From positions 310,001 through 374,000 of the forward strand of contig JALMLS010000466.1 in assembly GCA_038496445.1 (NCBI GenBank): 64,000 bases of DNA, given 5' to 3'. The notes below the pieces were generated by a model, which ran no database searches, had not been told where the DNA came from, and saw only the letters and a list, made by a program, of their open reading frames with translations. Within the stretch, counting starts at the first letter, position 1. Each line of letters starts with the position of its first letter. Positions 1-11,755 of the stretch are shown here, piece after piece. The position numbers and the translations under genes are program-made. Source of the stretch: Trichosphaerium sp. ATCC 40318 (lineage: Eukaryota; Protista; Tubulinea).

Positions 1-575
1 TCAGACGAAGCTGCTTCTAAAAAAAGAAAGGCTCCTGACTCTTCAGACCAAGATGAACCGAAGTCTAAAAAACAGAAAAAATCGAAAAAAGTACAGAAAA
101 AAAAAAAAGTTAGCACCACATACTTTTCTTGGTATTTTCTTTGCTTGTTAACCTTTTTTTAAGGATCCTCTAGCACCAAAGCGCTCAAAGAACGCGTTTA
201 TGTTCTTTACAGAGCACATGAGGGTCGTCTTGAAAGGTACTTATACTTTTTTTCCTACAATATTCTGTTTCTTACTCCTTGGTTAGAAGAGCACCCTGAG
301 CTTAAAGTATGCGATTTTAATACTCTTGAGTACAATTTTTATGGCGTTTTAACGTTTGTTTAGAAGCAGCAAGATGTTTTACGATTGATTGGAGAGCGCT
401 GGAAGGAATTAAATGAAGAGGACAAAAAAGTACAATAAATTAAACAACTTAACCCTGTTCGTTTTCTAACGTTTTTTTTCTCTTCTAGCCTTTCTTAGAG
501 AAACAAAAGAACGATAAAGAGCGTTATGCTACAGAAATGAGTGAGTATAGAGCTACTAAGACACCTGAAGAGTAG
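1..575 (+). CDS. HMG-box protein (Nhp6/HMGB/SSRP1-type C-terminus), 5'-partial, 4 introns
   Basis: Spliced translation ...KKSKK|DPLAPKRSKNAFMFFTEHMRVVLKE|EHPELK|KQQDVLRLIGERWKELNEEDKK|PFLEKQKNDKERYATEM...; TAG 573-575. Confidence 0.9.
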
Positions 576-739
576 AATAAAAAGAAAACAACATAGAAGA
601 CTTGACCCGTAAAATTAAATGTAAAAAACCCTTATAAAGTTTTTGAAGTAAGATCGTGCTACTTTCAATAGGCTTTTTCAACTGAAGTTATTGTGAGTTG
701 TGAAAACGCTCCAAACTTTAATATAGACTCCTACCAAAT

Positions 740-1163
740 GACAGTCGTCATCGCTATACATTTGATAGTAATGATGTTGAAAGAAGAGAGATTTTTCCTT
801 ATAACTTGGTTGATAGCATGTGCTGCAACCACAAAGATTATAATCCAAATCGTCAAGATGATAGAGGTAATACAGCATGCTATGGAAGCTTGTAAAAGTG
901 TAAACTTTGAAATTGCAAGGTCATTATCCATATCTTTATCACATAACTACAGAACATTGTTCCAGATCAAGATCTCAATGTTGCAGCAAGTGAACAAGAG
1001 GAGATAAATTGGTTGTCAATGGTGGCGCATTAGGTATTGCTACTGAACGAGCAAAAGAGCTTGGATAATTGATGGATTAATCACGTGTACAATTAGATGA
1101 CATTGATAAAAGTTTGTTGGTAGAACTTGGGTTCACAGTCTTTGAACACGTGTCAAAGCGATA
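740..1163 (+). pseudogene. Degenerate ankyrin-repeat (possibly plus SAM-like) gene fragment
   Basis: NPNRQDDRGNTA then a frame change to AMEACKSVNFEIARSL (ankyrin consensus split by frameshift); later QLDDIDKSLLVELG; several stops. Confidence 0.35.
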
Positions 1164-1311
1164 AAAGCAAAGAAAAACAAGTTGTATTAGAAAATTATTT
1201 AATTAAATCACATAAACGCTATGTATGCTTAACAAACTTGTTCCATAATTAATCACATAAACACCATTCATAACATTTTTAAATTGAAGCAACACCCACA
1301 TAGGTACATAG

Positions 1312-4300
1312 CTATACCTTCTTGTCCATATCTTGGGCAATCTTTGCGAGCATTGCAATGCGTTCAGGGGAGAATTCATGAATCTCAGCCATAGTGTCCA
1401 TTCTCCAGACCATCTTTACATAGAATTTTCTTTCGAGCTTGATTACAGTCAGTTAGTGGTACTACGATCGCGATTTGAACTAACGCACCTCTAAATGACC
1501 TAAAGTTGTATTGGCTGCATTCATCAACTCATCTATGGCCTGAACAGCTCGTTTACTTTGAGATGGTTGTTTTATAAACCTTGAAAATATGTGGTTATCT
1601 ACGCGTTATCAGTAATGCTGTGATGTGTAATGCGATGACCGCCAATAAACAATAATCGGTAGTTATACCTATTGAGTTTGTTCCGAAGATTTTTAAAAAG
1701 TGCGAAGAATCCAATGATTTCTTGATCATCTTTATAGACTCCTTTATTTCCTCAGAATGCTTTTTTTCCTTGTGCTATTTTTTCGCGTGTAAGCGACAAG
1801 CATGTTTCATTGAAACTGAAAAAATACAAAGCGTTGTACCTGTACAAGTTCTTTAAGTAACTGTAAAGGTTGTATAACTAGATCTACATGTCGCGGTATT
1901 CTACAAAATATTGTTAGACAAACTTGACCTTTTCGTCTTTAAACGTACTTAACGTTGCCCAGTGTATTGGCTTTAGTGTCACAACGTCTTCTATCCGCTC
2001 TGAATCTAGAGTAGAGATTAAGACTCGCACTAATAACTGGACGTGTACTTGACATATTCTATGGCATGGAAGTAAGAGTCAAGGGTTATAAGTGGTGTTT
2101 TCTTTTTGTATGTCTTGGTATGCTGCAACACTGGATAAAACCCATCCCTGCAAAGATCAGCACGAAGAAGAACTGCAAACTGTTCGTACCTATAAGAGAA
2201 ATAGAGAGCATCAAGCTAAAGTGGCATAAACGTAAATACTTGAAAGCGCAGTGAACTTAATCGTACATGTTTCAACTGAACCGATCCCAATGTATCTCTC
2301 AATGCCATCAACTTTTTATGTAGAGTCTCAAGTTCCTTGTCTACAAGGTAATTATTATAATAACAGCCAAATAATGCTTAATTACGTACAATGAAGATAA
2401 ATCCGACAGGCGAGAGCTTTGTTGATTTTTTCATGTGCACTTTGTTCCTGCTTTTCTCGTGCATTCAAAACAGCGCCTACCTACCACGAAGTTATGATAC
2501 TATCAAGTCTGTTTTATACTTACAGCGGTATTTCCTGCAATGTTCGCAGCTGTTTTCCCTTGTACATCCTTTAGAGAAGCATACATACGGGTATTGTCCC
2601 CAGCAGCCAATAATGTCTTAATAAGCTCCATATTATTCTCAGCTGCAGCCAAATGAAGTAAAGTAGACTGTCTCACGTCCTTTTCGTATTTTATGTGCGA
2701 ATCCTAACGGATTGTTAGATAAATGCCGCCTCAATCCCATCCTTACCCTTTGAATGATTTTCTGTAGTTTATGCGCATTGTGGCTGTGTACAGCTTGTAC
2801 AGCAAGTTGATAAGAGCGAGAATGAGATTCTTTGTTTTCATTCTCAATTTGGATTTTAAACGCCTCCATTGCTTCCTAGACAAATAAATTAACCAAAAAC
2901 GAATGCTGTAATAGAAAATAGCAGTTGATACCTTAATATACGTCAACTCATTCTTAACTTCGTTGATCTTTTTATCATAAACCATCCTAGCTCTATGCAT
3001 ACGTCTTTGCTCCTTTGCAAGCGCTTCCTTTAATCTCTTCCTTTCTAATTGCAATTGTAGACGGTCTTGCTTAATCTGTTTTCGAATCATTCTACAACGC
3101 TGTTAACAATCAAATGAAAACTACAAAAAATGGCGTACTCTAAGTTACTAATGCCATCGTCATCTTCATTCATGTCTTTAGCTTTATCTTTTTGGACTTT
3201 CGCTGCTCGTTCTTCAGTTTCCTCTAAACAGAGAGTTTGAGCCAAGTATTGCTGAGAAACGGAATCGGTGTTTTACGTACTCTGTTTTTTATCCAATTTC
3301 TTTGCTCTCAATTCCAGGTCCCTTAGTTTCACTGTATACCTACGTATGCGCTGACCAGAAGCGGCAGGAACTACAGCGCCATCTTGATTAACATTGGGCT
3401 TACTTCCTCGTTCTTGCTCAATGAGGCGTTCATACACCAACTTTTTTCGTTCTACAAACACTCAGTACAAGACATATCCGCTTTTTGACTTCAACCAACC
3501 TTGAGCAGAATAAAACGCTAGCTCTTTAGCAAGTTCCACCTTCCGTACACCCACTACAAAGCATTGTTTGTAAAAGAAATGATTTGTTGCTTTTTTTTTT
3601 GTTTGACGTACAAAGGCCAGTTACTGCAATATTGTTACCACGGAGTGCGTGCGTATGATCACCATCAATGTTTAGAATCTTTTCAAACATACCAATAGCT
3701 GCCCAATGCTTACCCAAATGACATAAACAATAACCTGTAGCCCAAGTGTTAAGGCCTCATCTAGAACAACAAACAAAACTAAAAAAAACACGAGGTTTCT
3801 TGTTCTATACCAATTGAGTTCATAGCATCCAAATGCTCAGCTTCTACGTCCAACGCTTCATAAAAACAGTCTAAAGCCTTAGTGTAGCTTTAACAAAACA
3901 AAAAGGTTAATTTCGTTCAGATACCCAATCTGTACAAAAAACAAACCTATGAAGCGCAAATAGAGCATTACCACGCTCATAATGAAGCTGTGCATTTCTT
4001 GGATTTAACTCTACCGCTTTGGACCACGTGTTATACGCCTAAAAACGACAAAGTATGTAAAAAGTTTTATTTCGGCAATTTGGCGTTAAAATAGAATTTA
4101 ATTTTTCGTACCAACTCATGATCACCGCCAGCTTGATGCCATTTAGCATCTGCTATTAGCTAAATGATAAATCCATTTAATTAAAATAGTCAAAAGAGAA
4201 ATTCTCTGTGAGTAGTACTTTATCAAGGGTGTTTATGCTCGAAGGCTTCCTTTCTGTAGGTTATTTACCTGCTTATAGGATCTATATATTTCTTTTCTGT

Positions 4301-4401
4301 TTGAGGACGAACCTGACTAACGATGCTCCTCTACTACTTCGTATATTAAAAGAGGAAGCAGCCTTCTTTATAGGCGCCATAGATTTACGAATAGACGTCA
4401 T
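1312..4401 (-). CDS. TPR-repeat plus coiled-coil protein, multi-exon
   Basis: Exons AYNTWSKAVELNPRNAQLHYERGNALFALH, YTKALDCFYEALDVEAEHLDAMNSIG, YCLCHLGKHWAAIGMFEKILNIDGDH (TPRs) splice into charged coiled-coil exons; ends ...QDMDKKV TAG. First-exon joins and some middle joins unresolved. Confidence 0.7.
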
Positions 4402-4703
4402 GGCGTAGTAAAGGAAGTAGCACAAATATTGCTTTGTATTTTTCAGTCAAGTTCCGTGAGTCAAAGAACCTTAAGAGGTCGTCTTGATGTTTAATCGAGT
4501 CGCAGGCCTTCTTTGCAATGGAAGGTGGTATAAAAAGATAAATTTACTCCGTATAGCATAAATAAACGACAGCAGTACTTAGCAAACCTTTTTTATAATC
4601 TGCAACCATACATACCAATGGAATAACCACTTTTTTACTGATAATTGAATTAAAGTTAGCAGCTACACGCTAAGGCGCAGTGCACAAAATGTGATTTAAA
4701 AAC

Positions 4704-5408
4704 TTATTCCCATTGCTCATCCGCTAAGGCGGTCAAAGCTCCAATGTCAATACGATCAATAGCCCTTGGATTAGTCTCGCGAATAATGTAAGGCTTCAAT
4801 TCATCCAAAAACCCTTCGTTTGACTCAAGAGTTGGCTCAAATCCGCCGATCTTGGTATATTGAACACCGCAAGCGTAACCATTGATGGAAACGCGATCAA
4901 CTCCCTTTCTAGAAGGATGTTGCAAGTGAAGCATAGTTTGTCCACGCCAACTAAGTGAAAGCTAGTGAGTTTAAAGCGCTTTTAACGAAAAAATAGTAAA
5001 AACTTGGTTTAGAAGTTGTGCAACAATGCAGTACGCACTCATTGCATGAATCTACGTAATTAAGACGCCACACCATCCAGTAGCTAGCTACAGCGTAACC
5101 TGCGATGACAATGGAAAGTTGCATGTTTTTCTGAACAATAAGCGTAAGTACTTAGTCAAAGTCTCAAAACGTACTCCAGGGCTGTTCCACCACACTTGTA
5201 CTACATTACGGTAGTTTACAGGGAAGTCAGCTGCTCTGTACATGTGCTGGCTAGCTTTTGCGGGGTTGTGCCATTCGTATGAGTTTAGCGCATTAGATCG
5301 CTTTGCAAAAGGGTATCCAAGCCACCACTCGAACTTGGCATTTCCATGTTGCCACGATGTCTTTCTACCAAACTGTTGTTCAAAAAAACTCTTGACCTTA
5401 GTGTGCAT
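4704..5408 (-). CDS. Uncharacterised single-pass membrane protein (~200 aa), 2 introns
   Basis: MHTKVKSFFEQQ...WWNSPG|KNMQLSIVIAGYAVASYWMVWRLNYVDSCN|DWRGQTMLHLQHP...DEQWE*; clean GT-AG joins. Confidence 0.7.
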
Positions 5409-5645
5409 GTTGGGAAAATTAGAATTACTAGAAGTCTTTTCTAGTCTAACCTGCGTCTTTTTTTGGTAAGGCCGCAAAAAAACAATTGAATCACACAATA
5501 TACTTACAATACCCGCTATCAATAAGTAAAACAGAATTGTTAAGTAACCCTCACAATCAAACACTTAAAGACTGGCACAAAGCTACGAAAATTTTTACTT
5601 GTTTACAGTTGAATAACGAGCACCGGGTGTGTTTAAGCAACAAAA

Positions 5646-6802
5646 TTATTCACCAACCCAACCGACTGGGTCTTCGCCAGCTGAGAGACCAATCTTGATG
5701 GTACCAGAATCGAGCCACTTCCAAGCAGGCACTTCCAAATTCAAAGGTGCAGGACCTAAAAAGTAAAAAATGAGCGTCAAAATGCGTCAGACAATCAAGA
5801 TTTTTGTTTTTTTAAAAGCGCGGGTTGTTCAATTGCCCATGGTAACGTACCAGAGCGAATACGTCCAGAGAGATCGTATTGACTGGCGTGGCAAGGACAA
5901 TACCAGCCACCGTAATCGCCCAAACCAGAAATTGGTACGCAACCAAGATGAGTGCATACAGCCTTAAGAACAATCCATTCTGGTCTGTGCTCCTTTCTGC
6001 GGTCCTTGTCAAGTGCAGGATCCTTGAATGCCAAGTATTCACCAGTTTCTTCCTCTTTGAGTGCTTTTTCGAGCTCCCAATCTCTGCGGCGTCTGATAAC
6101 GATTGGGACACCTTGCCAAACGACAGTGATGGCTTGACCGACATACATTTCGCTTACATCGACCTATTGTATTGGGTGAGGTACTGCCAGGCGACATACA
6201 AAAGCGTCTGAAGAAATCCGTTACCTCAAGATTCTGAGAGGAGTAACCCTTTTTCGTTGGACCGAGGTAGTATGCAATACGCCAGTATAGACCCTAATAT
6301 AACATTAGACGTGCTTCGCGTAATAAAACTGCCGAATTGAAATGAAAAATAATACGTACTTTACCCCAAACGGCTAGAGACATAGCACCTCCAGCACTCA
6401 TAGCGTAGGAGTATGCTTTTTGTGTGTCCTTTGGTGAGTTAGGGTCGTAGCGGTACTTAGTCAAGTCGGAAGGGAATTTTTCGTCATTGTAGATAGTACG
6501 AGTCTGTTCAGTTGTCTTGATTTCTTAATACGAGTAAGTTCGCACATCAAGTCAGGTTGCGTAAAAGGGCTTGTTTCTTTTGTTTCCCTTGTTATATATT
6601 TCGCACAATTGGTTTAGACAATTGTAGGCTAAATTTTAACACAGGGCGAAGATCGAGTCTCTTTTCCTTAAACCGTACCTTTTGAGCTTACGACAGTCGT
6701 AACTTTCTTATTTGATAATGTGGAGCTAGCACGGACACTCTGTTTTTTTAGAGAGGCCTTGCGTGCGGCAGTAGCAAGTGTAGTGCGACCTCTTATTAGC
6801 AT
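5646..6802 (-). CDS. UQCRFS1: Cytochrome bc1 Rieske iron-sulfur subunit
   Basis: CTHLGCVP and YCPCHASQYD 2Fe-2S motifs, GRIRSG|PAPLNLEVP; basic N-terminal presequence MLIRGRTTLATAARKAS. Confidence 0.97.
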
Positions 6803-6979
6803 GCTGTCAACAGGGTTTCTTTTGTCTCAAATCTTTTCCATTGCAGGTCAACTTGCCGGTTTTTTTGAGTAGTTTAAAAGCCAACTGTTAACACGACAAT
6901 AACTGTTGTAGGCATCAAGTGTTGTGCAATACATTAGTTACACGCGTTTCATTGTTATTGTAACAATAATTTCAAAAAA

Positions 6980-8101
6980 ATGGCTTTACGAACGGCCCTT
7001 ACGCAGCAAATTGGGCGCCACAATAATCACAAAGAACAGGGATTGGGAATGGCGAAGGCAGTTTGCATGGAAGGCTTAGATGATTTAACAGAGTTTTTTG
7101 ACGAGGCTGTACGCATTTTTGAACGATATTGGTGGGGATTGACACAAATGTGTTAGCAATCGCGTGAATACGCTCAAAAGCTTGAGGAGAGTTTGATTGG
7201 GTTGCTACAACAGGAAAACGTCATGGACGCGCACATTCAGGTTCGTGGTGTTGTGATTAGGAAAAAAAGTTTGACTGACACATTGCGCCAAAAGGTTCTT
7301 CAAGATATCGCTGGAGAGTACCACCCTGGAAGCGATACTGATTGGGCGCGAAAATTCAAATCACAAGTGGAGGAGGTTCTAGAAGGAACTCCAGACGAGT
7401 TTTACAAAGGTACAGCGCTTCCTTTTCCTAAAACAGTGTATTGTTAACATTATTCGGAAAGCTGACGAAGCGTATTGCCAATTTAAACAAAAAGCCGAAC
7501 ACCTACTGCATGATGGCGACGATCTAGACAGCCAACTTGAAGATGGCGAGGACCTCGTACGAACAGAACAGTTAATAGTGAGTTCGGGTGTCCTTTAACA
7601 ACAATTCTCCGTTTTAGGTTGTCATGAGTCAACATGGTACATCTGCTGCTAGTTTCAAGTGTCCAATATCGCGTACATGGCTAACTGATCCCGTAAAAAA
7701 GTAATACCATTTTTTTTTTTTGAATTAAATCTGTAGTTTTTTAACGTTATTTTAGCATCAATTGTGGACATGTATATTCAAGAAGTTCAATAAACGAATT
7801 GTTTGGTAGAGCACGCTCAGTGCGTTGCCCTGTTGCCGGTATGTAAATTCCCATAAACCATATTTATAAATATTAAAATCCCTTTTTGTAAAAAATATTT
7901 TGTAATATTCCGGTAGACTTTCCATTACAATCCCTTTTTGCTTCTGTCTCTCGTTAATCTATTTTTTTGAGTTTAGGTTGTGCGTCTAATGTCACAAAGA
8001 CGAGCATTGCTGCAGACCATGAGAAAGCTAGAACACTTAAACGATTTTTAAGACAACAACAACGAGAAAGTGACGAAGACGACGACATTGAAGATTTGTA
8101 G
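6980..8101 (+). CDS. NSMCE2: SUMO ligase NSE2/MMS21 (SP-RING)
   Basis: C-terminal FKCPISRTWLTDPVK..CGHVYSRSSI...VRCPVAGC, helical N-terminus and acidic tail; TAG 8099-8101. Confidence 0.88.
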
Positions 8102-8585
8102 TCGTCGGGAAAACATTAATTTTACTTTTTCTGGAAGCGCGAACTAACTAAAAGGGAGTAAAACTCTGAATTCTTCCATTGTATCATAATAAATAAGCGA
8201 GAACGAAATATTTTTATAAAACTCGCTTTGTCAAACAAGTGTACAGCAAAACTGCGGGAAAAGTATACCTCCGTATTAGGACAATTCCATTGTATTGATC
8301 ATGTTTGTGGATACCAACATTCTCTATTTCTAATACCCATTTACGGCGCTTTAAAAAAGAAACAGGAAGTCCCTCTCTACGGTCTTTTTATGGAGTTATG
8401 AAACTATTTCGGGCACGTGTAGGGAACGATAACGTATAGGTGTTTGTTTATCTGTAAGCGCACAGCGAGTATAGAAGTGAGTTAAGTGAAGTGAGATAAT
8501 TGTAATCGAAAGTATGAAAATAAATTACTACCAAAACCTGCTAAGCACCCCCTAGTCACGTTTCCGTTATATCAACTCGGGAATA

Positions 8586-10063
8586 ATGACAAACACACGA
8601 GATACCTATCTAATAGCTCGTGAGGACCTAAAGACATCATTTCATAGCATTGTTTCAGTGTTGTCACACTATTGCAATCAGCCACGATTTTCAGAGCTGG
8701 AAGAGGAGTCCCGACGTAAAGCTGCATTTAAAAACATGATTGGTGCCGTTAGGCAACCCCAACATCATAAAACAGGTACGTAGCACTAAATATTGGAAAC
8801 CGGTACACTCGAAAACATGAACCGTAATTCGATTTATCCATCTGCCAAATAAATAAAAAAAAACAAACTCATCATACCTTTTTCGAATCGAAAAAAAAAA
8901 AGTTAGCTAATCTATACTCATAGAGAAACAATTCCAATACAGGACACCAAACTGTACTCCAGTTTTTGCCGTGCCATCACCTCAAACAAGCTCAACGCTA
9001 GCATTTATGCAAGAGGCACCAGAGAGTCTACCAAAGCCTTTTATTCCGGCAGCTAAGAGACCCAAGAAACTAAAACAGGCTCAAAACTTACACAAGCCAC
9101 AAAAACCACTCAAATTTAAAAACATAAATGAGAATGACCCTAGGTTTTCCACAAAAAGAAAAAAACCTAGAAAGCGAGAGAAAGCAAAATCTGTCAAAAA
9201 ACGCCGAAAAGCAGACCGCGTTCGTATTGTAAGTGAGGAACCACTCACGTGCTCGAAGCGTTCTGTTGCGGACTTGGCTAAAGAAAGACCATGGCAATGG
9301 CATGTATCGGAGCAGAGTGGTTCTTTGAGCTCAGCTGCGGAGGATATAGTAAGCACTCCTATGCGTGTAATAGATATATCAAATGTGCGTAAAATGATTT
9401 CACTGTTTTACTCCTATTGTATGTTCGATTATTAACCCTCGTTCCCTAGAGATCTATAAAACAAGAACCCAGTAACGGAGTAGTTAATTGTACAAAACGA
9501 TCTGATAAGGAGCTAGAAGAGCATGTTAGAGAAATACAAAGTACATCCTCAATAATGGAAATAACATCCACAACACGTCACGCCATGGGCCAATCTTCTC
9601 CAAACATTAACGTAATTGATTGGCAAACGACACGCTGCACCCCGTCAGTGCCTAGACGCACTAACAACACATTTGATGTACGTACTAACCGTCACTTTTT
9701 TTTTAATTGTACCGTTTTTTTTTATATATCTCTGACGGCTTTTTAGGAGCTTAATATGTATAACAGCCAAAGCACTTTTGATAGCTATGATAGTCAAGAA
9801 TATACGACTAACTATGATCCTGGATATGCTATACACGATACAAATAACAACTTATTTATTACCGACGAGAGCGCATCTGCGGAACTCGGTACGTTTTTTT
9901 TAAAAAGTGCTTTTTTTCAATACAAAATTGTATTCTCTGCTGTATTTGTTGGTATTGCAAGTGTCTAATTGTAATTTTAGATGAAGAATTTACACTTCAA
10001 CAACCTCAAATGAGTACTGCCGTAAACTGGGAGTACTCTAGTTATGAGCACCATCCATGGTAA
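8586..10063 (+). CDS. Uncharacterised low-complexity, probably nuclear protein (Lys/Arg-rich middle), multi-exon
   Basis: Successive ORF segments 8586, 8971 and 9756 joined by GT-AG introns; ends ...YEHHPW TAA. Confidence 0.6.
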
Positions 10064-10849
10064 CATTGCCTCTTCTAGAACGACTAACTTGTACTTCTAA
10101 ACCTGTAACCATACTTGCAGACATCTTGTCTTGCGAGTGGTAAATAAACAACAACAGTAAATACCTTCTAACACGTTCTATCGAGGCTATTTTTGCAACT
10201 ACTCATGATTTTGATGGTTTCTAATCGGCTGAAAAACTGCGTAGCGTTTCGTTGTACACGAAAAAAACTTCGGGTATTACAAACAAAGAACTATTTAGTA
10301 TGGCGCAAGGAGTGATTGTATAGTACTACAGAATATAGGTTGAAGGTAATTCAGCTTCGGGATTTCGTTATTTGTAACTGACGATAAATGGAATTGACGA
10401 AAGACAAGCATACATCGCGTACGAGATGAATTACTCGTTAGTGCAGGTCCTTCGGCAACATTGAATGCTATAACTCGTTTTTAAGCTGTCAAATAAACTC
10501 TTTTTTCGCAGACTTTTTGTACTACAATATGTGGGCCAGTGTACAAATGCGTAGAATATTGCGTATCGTAGTAGCCTATGTCAATTATCTAAGGCGATTT
10601 GTTGGCATACTCGCTTTTTAACATACATAAACCCTAACATCGCTGGGTAACACCTATGGTAGTTTAAAGGGTTTTTTAAAGCTAATTGCTCAATTGTAAT
10701 TTGTATACTGTTTACGCGGTCCTAGAACGAGCCATAACGCTACGTAACACGCATTTTGCTAATTGTGTGCGTGACAGACTTTGGCACGCAAAACTGGTTG
10801 TACATTTAACGTTCTTTTCTGTAAATTTTCCCTCGTACAACAACTCACC

Positions 10850-11357
10850 ATGTCCGATATGCAAGATTGTAGTCCAGAACAATGCTCCCACGCCGCCAAA
10901 GTGGGCCGCTACGTCATGATGGGCGGAAAAGACGATACAGAATTTCCTTGCAAGGTACATCACCAACTGATCACGTAATAGTTTTTAAAAACAGCCGTAG
11001 GTTACCTCAACCCAATCTTCAAGACCAGGAAAGCACGGTCACGCCAAACTTAATTTCATGGGAGTTGATATCTTCTCTGGAAAGAAGTACAACAGAATTT
11101 GCCCAGCTCATCAAAACATTATGGTGCCTGAAGTAAAGAGAACCGAATACCCATTGATCGATATGGAGAAAGGTGTTTCCGTAACTATGCTCGACGAGAA
11201 TGGCGAAACATACGTCCTCGACTACAGCGCTTTCCCAAGCGAAGATAAAGCTGACGAGCTTTTCGCTTTGTTTACCACAGACATTCCTCTTGTCGCTACT
11301 GTTCTCTCCGCTGTTGGCCAAGAACAAATTTGCGAATGGCGCGAGGATAAATCATAA
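10850..11357 (+). CDS. EIF5A: Translation factor eIF5A (divergent), 1 intron
   Basis: FPCK|VTSTQSSRPGKHGHAKLNFMGVDIFSGKKYNRICPAHQNIMVPEVKRTEYPLID. Confidence 0.93.
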
Positions 11358-11755
11358 ACGTTGAAACTAATTATCAATGATTTATCTCTCTTACGATCAG
11401 TAAGCAATAAACATAATTTTAAAAACCCAAAACACGCTGCACGAGTATGTACTTTTTCAATTTCAACACATAAAGCGAAAAAGAAAAAAAAAAACCGTGA
11501 GAACGTGTTGATATTTTTTTTTTTTAGGGGCTCAAATAAAGTAAGTAACCGAAAATTTGTTTATTCAAAGCACCGTTCTAAATAATTTCAACTTTTTTTT
11601 GAAAACTCTCAAGCAAATTGCACAAAAAAGGTGTAGTTCTAAAAAAGAACCTTCTAGGTGTCACACAAAGTAATACTCAAAGCGTAGGATAAAACAATAA
11701 CGAGTAAACATAATTACAATTTTTTTTTTTTTGTACAACTTGGCTCAGAGCAACT

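Noticed and set aside
10200-10630. Possible small minus-strand spliced gene
   Set aside because: Several alternative joins, none giving a convincing protein.
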